From: Nemertoderma westbladi | Lineage: Eukaryota > Animalia > Xenacoelomorpha | Assembly (NCBI GenBank): GCA_032718475.1 | Contig: JAUCBJ010005005.1 | Span: forward strand, 4,528-68,527 | DNA length: 64,000 bases | Reading direction: 5' to 3' | Shown here: piece after piece, positions 36,930 through 47,796 of the stretch | How the letters are laid out: every line of letters begins with the position of its first letter | Position numbering within the stretch: position 1 is the first letter of the stretch | Position numbers and translations under genes: made by a program | The notes under the pieces: model-generated | Databases searched by the model: none | Told to the model about the DNA's origin: nothing | Seen by the model: the letters and a program-made list of their open reading frames with translations, nothing else

Positions 36930-37847
36930 TTATCTTGTCCTCTCCGGGGATGCAATCTGTAGTCTCTGAATAACGTTTTGAGCAAAGTTTATGCTCTCGA
37001 AAACTTCCGGTGTCATCTCCTTAGCTGGAGTTTGATCGTGTGACGTCCAATGGTAAGGTAGGCTCGCGAGTCTTCCGCCCCATTCTTCCATCTCACCTTT
37101 CTCGAAAGCCTTGTAGGCTCTGTATAGGCTAAGAGCTTCTTTCTTTTCGCGGGTTGACTGATTTGCCTCGTCCAGCGTAAGTTCAAATACATCGGGTTCA
37201 ACAACCTTAGGTGGGTAAATGACAGTTTCTCCCGCCTTTGGTCCGGTCATAGCAAATGAATGATATGGATTCGATAAAGGATACCCTCCTTCCTGGTAGC
37301 GTAGTTGTTGATGGTTCGAACACCTCGCCAATATCGGTTCGGGATTTTCCTTATTCAAATGCATCGGAATCGCATTTCGTTGTTCGCGCATACAAGAACC
37401 GCATTGATAATAAAGTTTATAAACTGAAAATGCTTCCTTGGTTTCTCTATCGTCCCCTCGAGTTCGTCTGTAAAGATGCATTCCATCAAATTCATCTCGT
37501 ACCGCGGGCATAGGTTCGTGCGCCTTCAGGTATTGCATGGTATGATACAAACGACTAATTTCAGTATCGGGGTCTTCGCTAATGTCTCCCGTATCACACA
37601 AAGCGTCGTACGGATAAAGTTCGTTGAAGGTTTGGCGCAAACTTTCGATTCTTTCGTTTAATGCGTTTTGCCTTCTCTTTAATACGTTCGAGTCATATTT
37701 AGTTCTCGCGAGTTTCGCTGTACTTTCCGATAATTCCTTTATACCGAATATAGTATAGTCCTTGGCTCCAAATCTTTCGCATGGCGCTGCTGCCTCCTCT
37801 TGGATATCATATCCCCATCTCGGCTCTCCTTGTATCCCTTTCTCCAT
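36930..37847 (-). CDS. Element A ORF2: unknown protein with putative Zn site (CxxC...CxxH)
   Basis: 305 aa; homologous by eye to the N-terminus of the B/C accessory ORF; its stop abuts the ORF3 ATG in frame. Confidence 0.7.
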   Translation of the reverse strand: MEKGIQGEPRWGYDIQEEAAAPCERFGAKDYTIFGIKELSESTAKLARTKYDSNVLKRRQNALNERIESLRQTFNELYPYDALCDTGDISEDPDTEISRLYHTMQYLKAHEPMPAVRDEFDGMHLYRRTRGDDRETKEAFSVYKLYYQCGSCMREQRNAIPMHLNKENPEPILARCSNHQQLRYQEGGYPLSNPYHSFAMTGPKAGETVIYPPKVVEPDVFELTLDEANQSTREKKEALSLYRAYKAFEKGEMEEWGGRLASLPYHWTSHDQTPAKEMTPEVFESINFAQNVIQRLQIASPERTR

Positions 37848-38506
37848 AATTAGGGGTGTAGTTACATAATCATTACTACTAGAGGGAATACAACAGAGTT
37901 TGTAGTTAGTTGTGAGGAGACGTGAGAGTTTCGTCTGCCCTTTGGGCTCGACAACGCTCTAACCTCCTACCCATAGCCTAAGATCTAGGGTTTCTTTAAT
38001 GACACGCTGCTTCTTATCTAAAATTTTTGCCGAAATAAAAACGAATTTGGGCTAAACTGGCCGTGAGTCTAAAATACTCACCTTTTGATCCCAAACTATT
38101 ATCAGAAAATAAGCAATCAAGAATTAGTAATAAATATAGGGGAGTCTATTTTGACGTAACTTATTGAAACAAGACCGTGTAAAATTTAATTAAAATTTTT
38201 AAGAAAGGCTCGCAAGTCTTCCTCTCTTGTTTCTCTAATTTTAAGTTCCACCCGACTGTACCCTGAAATCTATTCACTGGAGAAAATTTTAAAATTTTTT
38301 CAAATCCAAATGGATTGTCTAAAATTTCGAAAATGTCTCAATATTGTGAGTTCCAAGTAGAATTCCATTTCTTATACCTACAAATCCCGCTCCTATGTGA
38401 CACATAAGGGTACTACCCTCAATGTTCACATATAAAGACAATGGAATTCTACCGCTGTCCTTACTACGGTGTACAGGTACGTGGAAATCTATTTGTAAAC
38501 TCCTAA

Positions 38507-41500
38507 TTATTTACTAGTATTAGGTGGAGATTTGTAGTCTCCAGATTCGTTACGAGTCTCTTCAAGAAGTACGAGACGTTGAGTCGGTCTGTCTACTGTA
38601 CGACCGTCAATTGTCCGTACCGTCACAGTTCTTGTCACTCCATCCATAGATGGATGTGTGGCTAAAATTACACCTGTTATCCAGAAGCGTCTTTTTAGAT
38701 TCACTTCTGCCAACAGCACGTGATCTCCCGGCTTTAATGCGCGGGTGTTATTATACCAAGTTGTTCTGGCAGAAATAGAGGGCAAATAATGGTTTTGCCA
38801 TATTTCCCAGAATTTGTTAGCTAGTAGTTGCGTGATTTTCCACGCTTTTCTACCGTAGCTGTCGCTTTCTATTGGAATAGAAATAGGTGTCAAAGTTGTC
38901 GGTGCCTGCATAAGCAGGTGTGCCGGTGTCAAAGCGAACTGAGATTGTTTGTCATCGGGTACTAATACTATTGGTCTAGTATTTAGTATTGCCTCGATTT
39001 CAACAAACAGTGTTGTCAGTTGGTCGTCTGTCAATATGTGGTTTACTGGAATGACTTTTGCCATTGCCGTCTTTATAGATCTAATCAATCTCTCCCAGAC
39101 TCCGCCTCTCCAAGGACTATCTGGAGGATTGAACTTCCAAACAATCTTGTGAGGTTGCAGTTCGTTCGAGATTTGATCATGATCTAATTTCTTAAAGGCT
39201 CTAGCAATCTCATTTCGAGCACCAACAAAGTTTGTCCCTTGGTCTGAGTACAAGCATTTTACTAGTCCGCGTCTAGCGATAAATCGCCGCAAGGCTAGTA
39301 TAAACGCGTTGGTGGAAAGATCCATCACACGTTCAATGTGAACTGCCCTACTGGACATACATGTGAAAATCAGTCCCCAGCGTTTTACTAGTATACGTCC
39401 ACGTTTCGTATGTATGGGACCAAAGCAATCAATTCCAGTCTCTGTAAAAGGTGGTCTGAATGCTTGAAGTCGTGCTTGTGGTAGTTCACTCATTTCTTGG
39501 GTACCTATTCTAGAATGTACCTTTTTACAAATAATACACGTACGTGTCACTGAACTTAACGCTTTACTGGGTCTAATTAATACAAATCTTGTACGTAAGT
39601 AGGAAAGACAGTGGTGTCTTCCAGCGTGTTTTAGATGTAAATGTGCATCCAGTATCATTGCACGTTGTAGTTCGTGATGTTGCGGTATTATTATTGGGTA
39701 CCTAAAGTTTGTGTTAAAGTCAATGTTTTGAAGCCGAGATTTATGACAAATTAAGTCATTGTAAATAATCGGACTCCAACTCAGTATTGGTGACGACTTG
39801 ATTGGTTGACCTTGATTTATGGACGTGAATTCGCGCGCGAAATATCGCAGTTGGTAATGGCGAATTAATTTAATCTCACACCTCTCAATCTCAGTCAATG
39901 TAAGTCGACGTGTAAAGTCACGTTTGCCTTTAACGTATTGTACAAAACGTACAATCCACGCTAATTTTCGGCAAGCGCTTGTCCAAGAGTCTGTTAAGTT
40001 TACAATCCGGTCGACGTGAGTATTTGTGACGTCATCAGGTAAGTCAATGGAGATTTTGGAAGGTTTTGAATTACTAGAAGGGCCCACGGGTCCGCCGGTA
40101 AGTATTCCCTTGTTGACTGTTGATCCTTCCGGGTCTACAAGTAATTTGTCCTTCTTCGTCTTCTTACCTTGATTGTCGGTACTTTGTAAGTCGATCGTTA
40201 ATGGTGGTTTGAACTCTATGGGGTCAGCAGGTTTCGGTAAACTTAATTTGCTGCCAACATTAATCCCAGGTTTCACCATAGGTTGCAAGTTCGGTATGTC
40301 TCTTGAGCGCAAAGTAACACCTGTATTTACATTAGCGTAGGTACTACCCACATCTGTAATACATGAGGTTTCACCGTGCTTATGGTTGCTCAAGTGTGTC
40401 AAAATTGGTAGTTTGTCAATACAAGGCCGCTCCAATAGGGAAACTGCGGCTTCACTATTTGTCAGTACGTTACTAGTGTCTAGTCGACTGTCTAGTAATG
40501 TGTCTGGCGATACGTCTGGTAACGTATCTGGTTGTTTGTCAATAGAAGGCCGCTCCAACAGAGAAACTGCGGCTTTACTGTTTGTCAATGCGTTACTAAT
40601 GTCTGGTAGAATGTCTGATTGACCGTCTAGTAACGTGTCTGGTTGACCGTCTGGTAACGTGTCTGGTTGACCGTCTGGCGATATGTCTGGTGTAGAAAGG
40701 CTCGCAAGTCTTCCTCTCTTGACCTTTGAAGTTATCGCTTTCCATTTCGCCTTCGGTTTTTTCTTGAGTTTTGCCGTCGTCGTCTTTTTCTTTGCCTTCC
40801 CCTTTTTTGGTTTCTTGATTTCGGCGTCCTTAGGGATGGTGTTAGACTTGTTGTCGTATAACGGTGGCCAATCTTGCGTCGATTTCTGCAAGAATTGGGG
40901 TCCGTGTTGCCAAAATTCTTTGTTCTCCGGTTTACAGAATTCCTCAGACATCATTCCTCGCGACGCAATATCAGCTGGGTTTTGTGGTCCGGGACAATGT
41001 CGCCAATCCTCTTTTATTGAACGGTCTAGAATTTCTGCGCGACGGTTAGCTACGAATGTCTTGAATTCAAGTGTGTCGTTGTTTATGTAAAATAAAACCA
41101 ACGTCGCGTCAGTCCAATAAAATATCTGTAAACTTGACTGTAGTTCTGTCTGTATAAGGTTTACGATGGTGGTTGATAGTGTTGCGGCTTGTAGCTCAGC
41201 TCGTGGTGTCGTCATATACTTAGTAGGCATTGTTTTTGCCTTAGAAGTAATGAGCGAAACATCGAATGCTTCTGAGTCTACTTGTCTGCGCAAGTACGCT
41301 GCCACACCAAAACCGTTGTCACTGGCGTCAGAAAAACAGTGTAGTTCCAAGTTGTCAGGAAATGTACTTTGTAATGGAAAGTAAACTCTGGGTATGGAAT
41401 ACTCCTCTAGCGAAGATAATTCCGCCTCCCAGGTCTTCCATAAGTCCACTTGGTCTGATGAGATCGGCTCGTCCCATGTTAGTCCATCCTTCCAAATACT

Positions 41501-44500
41501 GCGCATATAAATGCGGGCTTGCAGTATTACTGGACTGATGAATCCTAACGGATCGAACAATCGGCTCAATTTTGACAAGCATGATCTCTTTGTCAGTGTG
41601 TTCTCTTGACTGTCCAGTCTCACCTTCACTCGGAAGTTGTCCGTGTTTGGGTCCCAAAAGAGCCCCAACACCTTGGTCGTCGGTAGTGGTTCGAACTCTA
41701 GGTCTATGTCACCACCTCCATGCTCAGTCGTTCCGAATGAGTCTACTAATTCGGCACTGTTTGAGGCGAATTTGGTGAGGTTGAAACCTCCGCCCGCCAA
41801 GCAGTCCCGTAATTGATGTGCTACTGTTGTAGCACGTTCTACTGTGTCGCAACTCTGTAATCCGTCGTCGACGTAAAAGTCACGTTCCACAATCCTAATT
41901 ATCTCTGGGTCATATAGGTGTTTCTGATCTCTAGCGGCTTGTTTTAGGGCGTACATCGTGCAGTTTGGGCTGTCCCTGGCACCGAAAACGCGAACTTGCA
42001 TTTGGTAAGTCGTCGGTGGTAGACTTAAGTCTCCTTCCGGGTACCAGAGGAACCGCAAACTGTCTCTGTCTCGCTCTAACGCTCTCACTTGGTGAAACAT
42101 CGCTTCAACGTCGCAAGTAAAAGCTACTTGACGCTGACGGAAGCGCATAATCACCCCCATAAGATAATTATTCATGTTTGGTCCATCCATCAACTCGCTA
42201 TTGAGGGACATTCCCTCAAACAGAGCCGCACAGTCGTTGACTACGCGTACTTTGTCTGGTTTGTCGGGGTGTCTCACGTAGTGATGTGGCAAGTAATACG
42301 TCTGGTCAGTCACTCGCTCCGGGTTAGTCATCCGGATAGCGTATCCCTTGGTCAAATACGTCTCCATCTGAGTGTTGTACTGCAGATGGGCTTTCTCGTC
42401 CTTTAATAGACGTTGTCGGATTGAGTGTAGACGTCTTAACGCTAGTGGGTAGTTGTTTATAAGTTTAGGACTTTGGCTACGCCATAACATCCCCACCTCG
42501 TAATGTCCGTCCTCCGTCTGTCGGATAGTATCTTCCATGATCTTCAGAGATTGTTTCTCCTGTTCCGACATACAAAGTTCGTAGCTACCAGGTTCAGCTG
42601 TATCTTGTTCTAACCACCTGATAGTCTTCTCCGTTAATTCCTTGTCCAGTGCAGCTTGTTCCATTTGATGATTTCTCAACGCGTCATCATCGATCTCGAC
42701 GGGCATTGTTGATGTCGTTGGGGTAGGTAGACTCGCAAGCCTTCCGGCGTTATCATCTGTCGTCGATGGAATCTCTAGCTGACTCGTCTTCTCCCCAAGT
42801 TCTAAACTCCGCTGGTGGATTAGCTGCTCCTTGTGACTTATCATACTAGTCACACGTCTGTCACGTTTTGTCGACTGTAGTGTAGTATGGTTCACGTCGT
42901 GTGAGAAGGAATGAATTGAATTTGTAGTTAATAAACTACATGTACTTTGTACATCGTCTTCCTCGTCACTTACGTCTAGTGTGCGCACAGGCGCTCGAGT
43001 ATACCACCCTATCGGCGTTCTGCAGCCGTATGCGTTTCCCGCTACGACTGCCGATGGTCTGGTTTCCCACCCCTGATGTAGGTTGAATTGGTCTGTCCCG
43101 ATCAGCATGGCTACCGATCGATAATTGACAGGACATTCAGGTACACCAAGGTGTCTGAAATACTTACGGTCCTCCAAGGATTGTTCTGGGACCGGACCTA
43201 GTAGGTTACTAAAGTCTTTTGTGGCCGCAAAGGTCAAATCCTTGAAGGGTAACAAAGACCTCTCCCTCTCGCTGTGTTGCGATTTCGGAAGAAGAGAGTC
43301 TAAGTTTAACTTGACTCGTGTCACTGGTATTGCACGCTGTCCGTGCATACTACTTACGGTATAACTGACGCGCTTACCTTGTCTGAGATCCGTCACGACG
43401 TCAGCTATCTTTTCATCCACGTAGCTGTGAGATGAGGCTGAATCTAGAATCGCGTAGATTCTCTTACTCCCCTTTGTGCCAGTAATCTTAATTGGAATTA
43501 CACTGAATCCCTTCAGTTGGTCAGTAGTCAGAAGCGCGATCGATGGCTGTTCATCTCCATCCGAATATACGTCGTCGTCTTCTGACTCTTCGTCCGACGA
43601 TCCGGATTGTTCTGAGAAGCAATCCTCAATATGGGTCACGAAGGTCGGAGTCGTTTTCGATTCTCGTTTTCTGTAGGCCGCATCACATCTCGCTGCTGCT
43701 TCCGGGTGTTCCCTGGCGAAGCGTTTTGTCGGCGTGTGGCTGTCCGTGTGGAGCAGACCGTCGTGGTTGCGTCCACAGGATGGACAAGTGTCGGTATTTG
43801 GGCAATCTTTACGGACGTGTCCGTGTCGCGTACACCGCCAACAAGAGTCCAATGGCCGTATTTGCAGCCGTCGTTCTTCCGAGTTCAACTCGCGAAACTG
43901 TCGACAACCTCGCAACTTGTGACCGATATACCGCTTGCCTAAATGCTCGCAGTATTGGCAGCCGCTGAAGTCGGTACTGAGTTGTTGTCTCGTCTGTTTT
44001 GTCCCAATGGGCGCAGATACCCTACTACCGTCCGAGAATTGTCGTGATTCCGTCGGTGTGGCGTAAGTGGCCGTCTTGGTGGATGTTGTCTGAGGTTTTT
44101 GTCGGTTGGAGGATGGCAAGGTGATCCCTTCTGCTACGATGTGCTGGTCAGTGTAGTTGGATCGAGTTTCTACAACTGCTTCCCTGGATATCAAAAGATA
44201 CACATCCTCTAATTTTAAGAATCCACCCCGCTCTTCTCGCTGGTATTCGATCTTTCTCCACTCCCGACGAAGTCGATGGTGGAGTCGTCCTATGATTTTT
44301 AATAGGACTGTAGGGGTATTCCCGTAGTCAAGTTGTCCAATGGATCTTAAAGTAGTGATAGCGTTCTTTATCTCGTCGGCCAGTTTTAATAAGTCGACGG
44401 GTTTAGTGATAGCCCCTCCCTTACAGAGTTCCTCTATTACTGACCTGGCCATACTGACTGTACCTCCGTATATCGAAGTTAAACGATCGTACGCTAGTTC

Positions 44501-46378
44501 GAAGGCGTCCGGTACACCAACGAAGGTCTCTGCCAAACGTTTAGGTTCTCCTGACAACGTTTGAAGCAGGTAATTAAACTTCTCCCGTGATGTAAAGGCG
44601 CACACGGCGATCTGAGATTCGATATAGTCTACGAATGTGTGCCAGTGTTTTGAACTACCGGAAAACTTCGGTGGTTGTTGTACCGGCAATCCTTGCCTGG
44701 CTGCGAATTTCGCTATCTCCTCGGCAACGTTCAGAGTTTCGCGTCCTTGGTTGGTAACCTGGTTGGTGTTCTCCCTTCTTGGCGCTTTTCCCTGATACGA
44801 TGTATGTTTTGAAGGTACCGGTCTTTGTGGTTCCTTCGGGTGTCTATTGTGTTCGAATTCGGAATTTCTCGAACTGTCGGTGTAACCTTCCTCCAGACGC
44901 TCCTCGATCTGAGCCAACTTGTTAACAACTGGTCGCAGGATGTCGGCGAACTGTTGTGCACTGATTGCGTCCGTTGGTTGTAACGCCTTCTGTGTTGGTG
45001 TATTCTGTGGAGGATTGTCTACAAAGGAGTTATCTGAACGCTCGCGTTTATATTCATCGGCCGCCCCTGTTCTAAATACCTCGCGTTTCGGGTAATCCGA
45101 TTCGCTCGAAGTACTACTATCATCTGGATATGGTGGTCGACGTGCTCGCGTCCGTTGCGTCGTACGAATTCTAACATTTCGCTTTGGAACATCGTCCACT
45201 GATCTCCGTTGTTCGGTAGGCTCACAAGTCTTCCTCGAAGTCGTAGATTGCGATGTAAACTGATTGAACGGTCGCGTATCCACTGTTCTCCATTGTTCGG
45301 TAGGCTCACAAGTCTTCCTCGAAGTCGTAGATTGCGATGTAAACTGATTGAACGGTCGCGTATCCACTGTTCTCCGTTGTTCGGTAGGCTCACAAGTCTT
45401 CCTCGAAGTCGTAGATTGCGATGTAAATTGAACCAGTGGTCGAGTAACAGCGTTTGAATCCAAAGGCCTTGTTGGCCTAAACGTCATTGGGTAAGCATAG
45501 TGTGTAACAGGTTTTGGCGTCAGAGGTGGACTCACCTGTTTTGTCGTCAGTAGTGCAGGTCCGACTAATAAACTACTACGATCTGTAATCGGCGGGTTAC
45601 TTACCTTTGGAATAGGCGACGACGTTGCTCTTGGCGGTGTAAACTTGTCCGGAATAATAAACCTGTGTTCCGTCGCACCATGGATAGGAGAAATATCACT
45701 ACTACCCGCAATCGAAACAGGTTTCTTAGTTGTAACTGGTGCGAACATAGGGGTTACTTGAGGGAATCTTTGACATAAGTCCTTTACTAATTGTCGTTCC
45801 CGTCCAGGTGCTCCTATCGAACCTTCCTTCATTCGTTCCTGGATTTGGCGATGCCTTACCTCTATCTGGTCCAAATCATGTCCGTCACGAGATCTCATCG
45901 ATCGATCACGGGCTAGAAGATCCAGATTTTCCTTGGTTTCGGCTAATTCTCTCGCCCTTTTCTCAAGTTCGAAACGAAGTTTAACTTCCTTTTCTCGTTG
46001 TTCCGTTTGTTGTTGTTGCGCCTCGAACTCTGCTTGTCGTATCGCTTGTTGGGCTTTTATTTGCCGTGTCTTCATCTCGACTCTGGCTTCTGAAACTAAC
46101 CTTTTTCTTTCTAACTCTGCCGCTGCCGTTTGTCGCTCTAACTCGGCTGCCGCCGTTTGTCGCTCTAACTCGGCCGCTGCCGCTGCCGCTGCCGTTTGTC
46201 GCTCTAACTCGGCTGTTGCCGTTCGTTGCGCTAACTCGGCCGCTGCCGCTTGTTGGGCAATGTCCAACTCTAACCTTTCCATTTCGGCCGCTTCGAGTTC
46301 GGCTTGTTCCTGCAGATGAGAGATTCTCGCTACATTCGCAACACGTATTTTCTCTTCCTCTACCGCTGTTTGTATCAT
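38507..46378 (-). CDS. gag-pol: Element A Gag-Pol polyprotein, main part: gag, knuckles, PR, RT, RNase H, integrase
   Basis: 2623 aa; ILDSASS (PR), YYLPHH and FYVDDG (RT), FSDAS/PRAEL/WTD/NPADIASRG (Pao RNase H), HHCC plus GIDCFGP/SDQGTNF/GGVWERLI (IN). Confidence 0.97.
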   Translation of the reverse strand: MIQTAVEEEKIRVANVARISHLQEQAELEAAEMERLELDIAQQAAAAELAQRTATAELERQTAAAAAAAELERQTAAAELERQTAAAELERKRLVSEARVEMKTRQIKAQQAIRQAEFEAQQQQTEQREKEVKLRFELEKRARELAETKENLDLLARDRSMRSRDGHDLDQIEVRHRQIQERMKEGSIGAPGRERQLVKDLCQRFPQVTPMFAPVTTKKPVSIAGSSDISPIHGATEHRFIIPDKFTPPRATSSPIPKVSNPPITDRSSLLVGPALLTTKQVSPPLTPKPVTHYAYPMTFRPTRPLDSNAVTRPLVQFTSQSTTSRKTCEPTEQRRTVDTRPFNQFTSQSTTSRKTCEPTEQWRTVDTRPFNQFTSQSTTSRKTCEPTEQRRSVDDVPKRNVRIRTTQRTRARRPPYPDDSSTSSESDYPKREVFRTGAADEYKRERSDNSFVDNPPQNTPTQKALQPTDAISAQQFADILRPVVNKLAQIEERLEEGYTDSSRNSEFEHNRHPKEPQRPVPSKHTSYQGKAPRRENTNQVTNQGRETLNVAEEIAKFAARQGLPVQQPPKFSGSSKHWHTFVDYIESQIAVCAFTSREKFNYLLQTLSGEPKRLAETFVGVPDAFELAYDRLTSIYGGTVSMARSVIEELCKGGAITKPVDLLKLADEIKNAITTLRSIGQLDYGNTPTVLLKIIGRLHHRLRREWRKIEYQREERGGFLKLEDVYLLISREAVVETRSNYTDQHIVAEGITLPSSNRQKPQTTSTKTATYATPTESRQFSDGSRVSAPIGTKQTRQQLSTDFSGCQYCEHLGKRYIGHKLRGCRQFRELNSEERRLQIRPLDSCWRCTRHGHVRKDCPNTDTCPSCGRNHDGLLHTDSHTPTKRFAREHPEAAARCDAAYRKRESKTTPTFVTHIEDCFSEQSGSSDEESEDDDVYSDGDEQPSIALLTTDQLKGFSVIPIKITGTKGSKRIYAILDSASSHSYVDEKIADVVTDLRQGKRVSYTVSSMHGQRAIPVTRVKLNLDSLLPKSQHSERERSLLPFKDLTFAATKDFSNLLGPVPEQSLEDRKYFRHLGVPECPVNYRSVAMLIGTDQFNLHQGWETRPSAVVAGNAYGCRTPIGWYTRAPVRTLDVSDEEDDVQSTCSLLTTNSIHSFSHDVNHTTLQSTKRDRRVTSMISHKEQLIHQRSLELGEKTSQLEIPSTTDDNAGRLASLPTPTTSTMPVEIDDDALRNHQMEQAALDKELTEKTIRWLEQDTAEPGSYELCMSEQEKQSLKIMEDTIRQTEDGHYEVGMLWRSQSPKLINNYPLALRRLHSIRQRLLKDEKAHLQYNTQMETYLTKGYAIRMTNPERVTDQTYYLPHHYVRHPDKPDKVRVVNDCAALFEGMSLNSELMDGPNMNNYLMGVIMRFRQRQVAFTCDVEAMFHQVRALERDRDSLRFLWYPEGDLSLPPTTYQMQVRVFGARDSPNCTMYALKQAARDQKHLYDPEIIRIVERDFYVDDGLQSCDTVERATTVAHQLRDCLAGGGFNLTKFASNSAELVDSFGTTEHGGGDIDLEFEPLPTTKVLGLFWDPNTDNFRVKVRLDSQENTLTKRSCLSKLSRLFDPLGFISPVILQARIYMRSIWKDGLTWDEPISSDQVDLWKTWEAELSSLEEYSIPRVYFPLQSTFPDNLELHCFSDASDNGFGVAAYLRRQVDSEAFDVSLITSKAKTMPTKYMTTPRAELQAATLSTTIVNLIQTELQSSLQIFYWTDATLVLFYINNDTLEFKTFVANRRAEILDRSIKEDWRHCPGPQNPADIASRGMMSEEFCKPENKEFWQHGPQFLQKSTQDWPPLYDNKSNTIPKDAEIKKPKKGKAKKKTTTAKLKKKPKAKWKAITSKVKRGRLASLSTPDISPDGQPDTLPDGQPDTLLDGQSDILPDISNALTNSKAAVSLLERPSIDKQPDTLPDVSPDTLLDSRLDTSNVLTNSEAAVSLLERPCIDKLPILTHLSNHKHGETSCITDVGSTYANVNTGVTLRSRDIPNLQPMVKPGINVGSKLSLPKPADPIEFKPPLTIDLQSTDNQGKKTKKDKLLVDPEGSTVNKGILTGGPVGPSSNSKPSKISIDLPDDVTNTHVDRIVNLTDSWTSACRKLAWIVRFVQYVKGKRDFTRRLTLTEIERCEIKLIRHYQLRYFAREFTSINQGQPIKSSPILSWSPIIYNDLICHKSRLQNIDFNTNFRYPIIIPQHHELQRAMILDAHLHLKHAGRHHCLSYLRTRFVLIRPSKALSSVTRTCIICKKVHSRIGTQEMSELPQARLQAFRPPFTETGIDCFGPIHTKRGRILVKRWGLIFTCMSSRAVHIERVMDLSTNAFILALRRFIARRGLVKCLYSDQGTNFVGARNEIARAFKKLDHDQISNELQPHKIVWKFNPPDSPWRGGVWERLIRSIKTAMAKVIPVNHILTDDQLTTLFVEIEAILNTRPIVLVPDDKQSQFALTPAHLLMQAPTTLTPISIPIESDSYGRKAWKITQLLANKFWEIWQNHYLPSISARTTWYNNTRALKPGDHVLLAEVNLKRRFWITGVILATHPSMDGVTRTVTVRTIDGRTVDRPTQRLVLLEETRNESGDYKSPPNTSK
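45200..45430. repeat. 84-bp in-frame tandem repeat (about 3 copies) in A gag
   Basis: QFTSQSTTSRKTCEPTEQ repeated three times. Confidence 0.9.
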
Positions 46379-46380
46379 TC

Positions 46381-47560
46381 ACTTGTGTCCTTCTGGGCTC
46401 CTCCCCGAGGCGCACCCACGAGGCGGACACCTTTCCACCACCCTTGGGGCCAGTCCGACAGATGTTATTATCAGACCGGGCCGGAGGGTGGCCTGATGCT
46501 TCCCGGGTTCTGTTTTCGGTCCCCCGATCACACCAGCACAGCTCGTCGAACGTGTAGCCAGATGGGCGGCTACTGTCAATTTACTGTGGCCTGACTGTAC
46601 ATTGAGCCAACTCAAAGTATAACAAAGAGTCAACCGGCAGGTGGACCAGTCGATAGCGATCGAGCACCAAGGTCGCCCTTGGGCCTAACCGACGGTCTTG
46701 TCCCAAGCGGGCTTGCGCTACCCAACATTGGAATTTTGACACGTTTTCACCTGCCTCGCCGGCAGTATTGAGGGGACACCGTTCCTCAACAATACTGACT
46801 AGCTCGAAAGCTAGGAACAAGTAACCACTTACCCTTCCTGTACACGTGTACTCAACAGATGTTCACGAATATCAAGTACACTACGGTAAACACAAAATCT
46901 GACACATACCATGCACACACAGAGGACATAATCGGGTAAGACAAAATCGGGGTCAAATCAGAGGGGACAAATTGTATCGACGAGAACAACAGGAAAGAGT
47001 CGAGAGTACTTTATTTTACCGACAGGGTAAAATAACTTTGTGTGCACAAAGTATGCTGGGGTGCAGTAAAGTATGGTCCTACTAATACCAGCGGCGTCTT
47101 GTCCAACTGGCAAGGGTTCCCATACCCACTCGCAGTGGCCACACATACAATCACGTGTACTCACGTACCCACAGCAACAGAAAGCTCAAGACCCGACGGT
47201 TTATTCCAATGCCACCAAAGACCAATCAGCTGAACATGGAGACAATAACATATAGTATCAAAAAAACGGAACAGCTGACGGTCAATGGAACCATCCAAGC
47301 CCCAAGCAAACTGCCACTGATCGCCCACATACAAAACATAGTTCGCGCCACATGAACCACAAATCACGCCATGCCACCACCCCTACTGTGTACAGGACTG
47401 GCAGTACGGCAACAGGCCGACTAGACGGTACCACGGCACCATGGCAATTCATGGTTCGTTAGACACGAGGGCCTTCAGTATCTCCCTTGCACTTAAACTC
47501 GATTTAACGTGCCCCCAGACCCTCACGAGTCCGCCGCCGCCTGTTACTGCCACCCCTATA
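46381..47560. mobile_element. Unclassified insertion of about 1.18 kb interrupting A gag
   Basis: gag frame breaks at ...EVRSL and resumes at MIQTAVEEE; no TIR, TSD or TG..CA ends found. Confidence 0.6.
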
Positions 47561-47796
47561 GAGACCTCACCTCTTTAGGTAGCAGTTGAGTTTGTTCTTC
47601 CATCTCGTGTTGCTGTCTGTAGAACTGTTGCTGTTGTCGAGCAACTTCTGACGTGACCATGCTTACCTCGTTAATCTCGCTGCGAATACTCACCAGTGAT
47701 TGATTCAGTATTCCCGGTGCCGATTCGATTCGTACGGGTGAAGTTTCCCTCGTATATTCCGGCACGGTTTCCCAATCTCCGACATCCTCGCCGCAC
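47561..47796 (-). pseudogene. Element A gag internal fragment
   Basis: Joins 49499..50162 in frame (HLRM-CGEDVGDWETVPEY) once the 47797-49498 insertion and one AC TSD are removed. Confidence 0.85.

Noticed and set aside
34122-37847. env gene
   Set aside because: No signal peptide, furin site or transmembrane helix apparent; nuclease and knuckle motifs instead
38949-46557. Many short antisense ORFs over gag-pol
   Set aside because: Shadow ORFs of a long coding region
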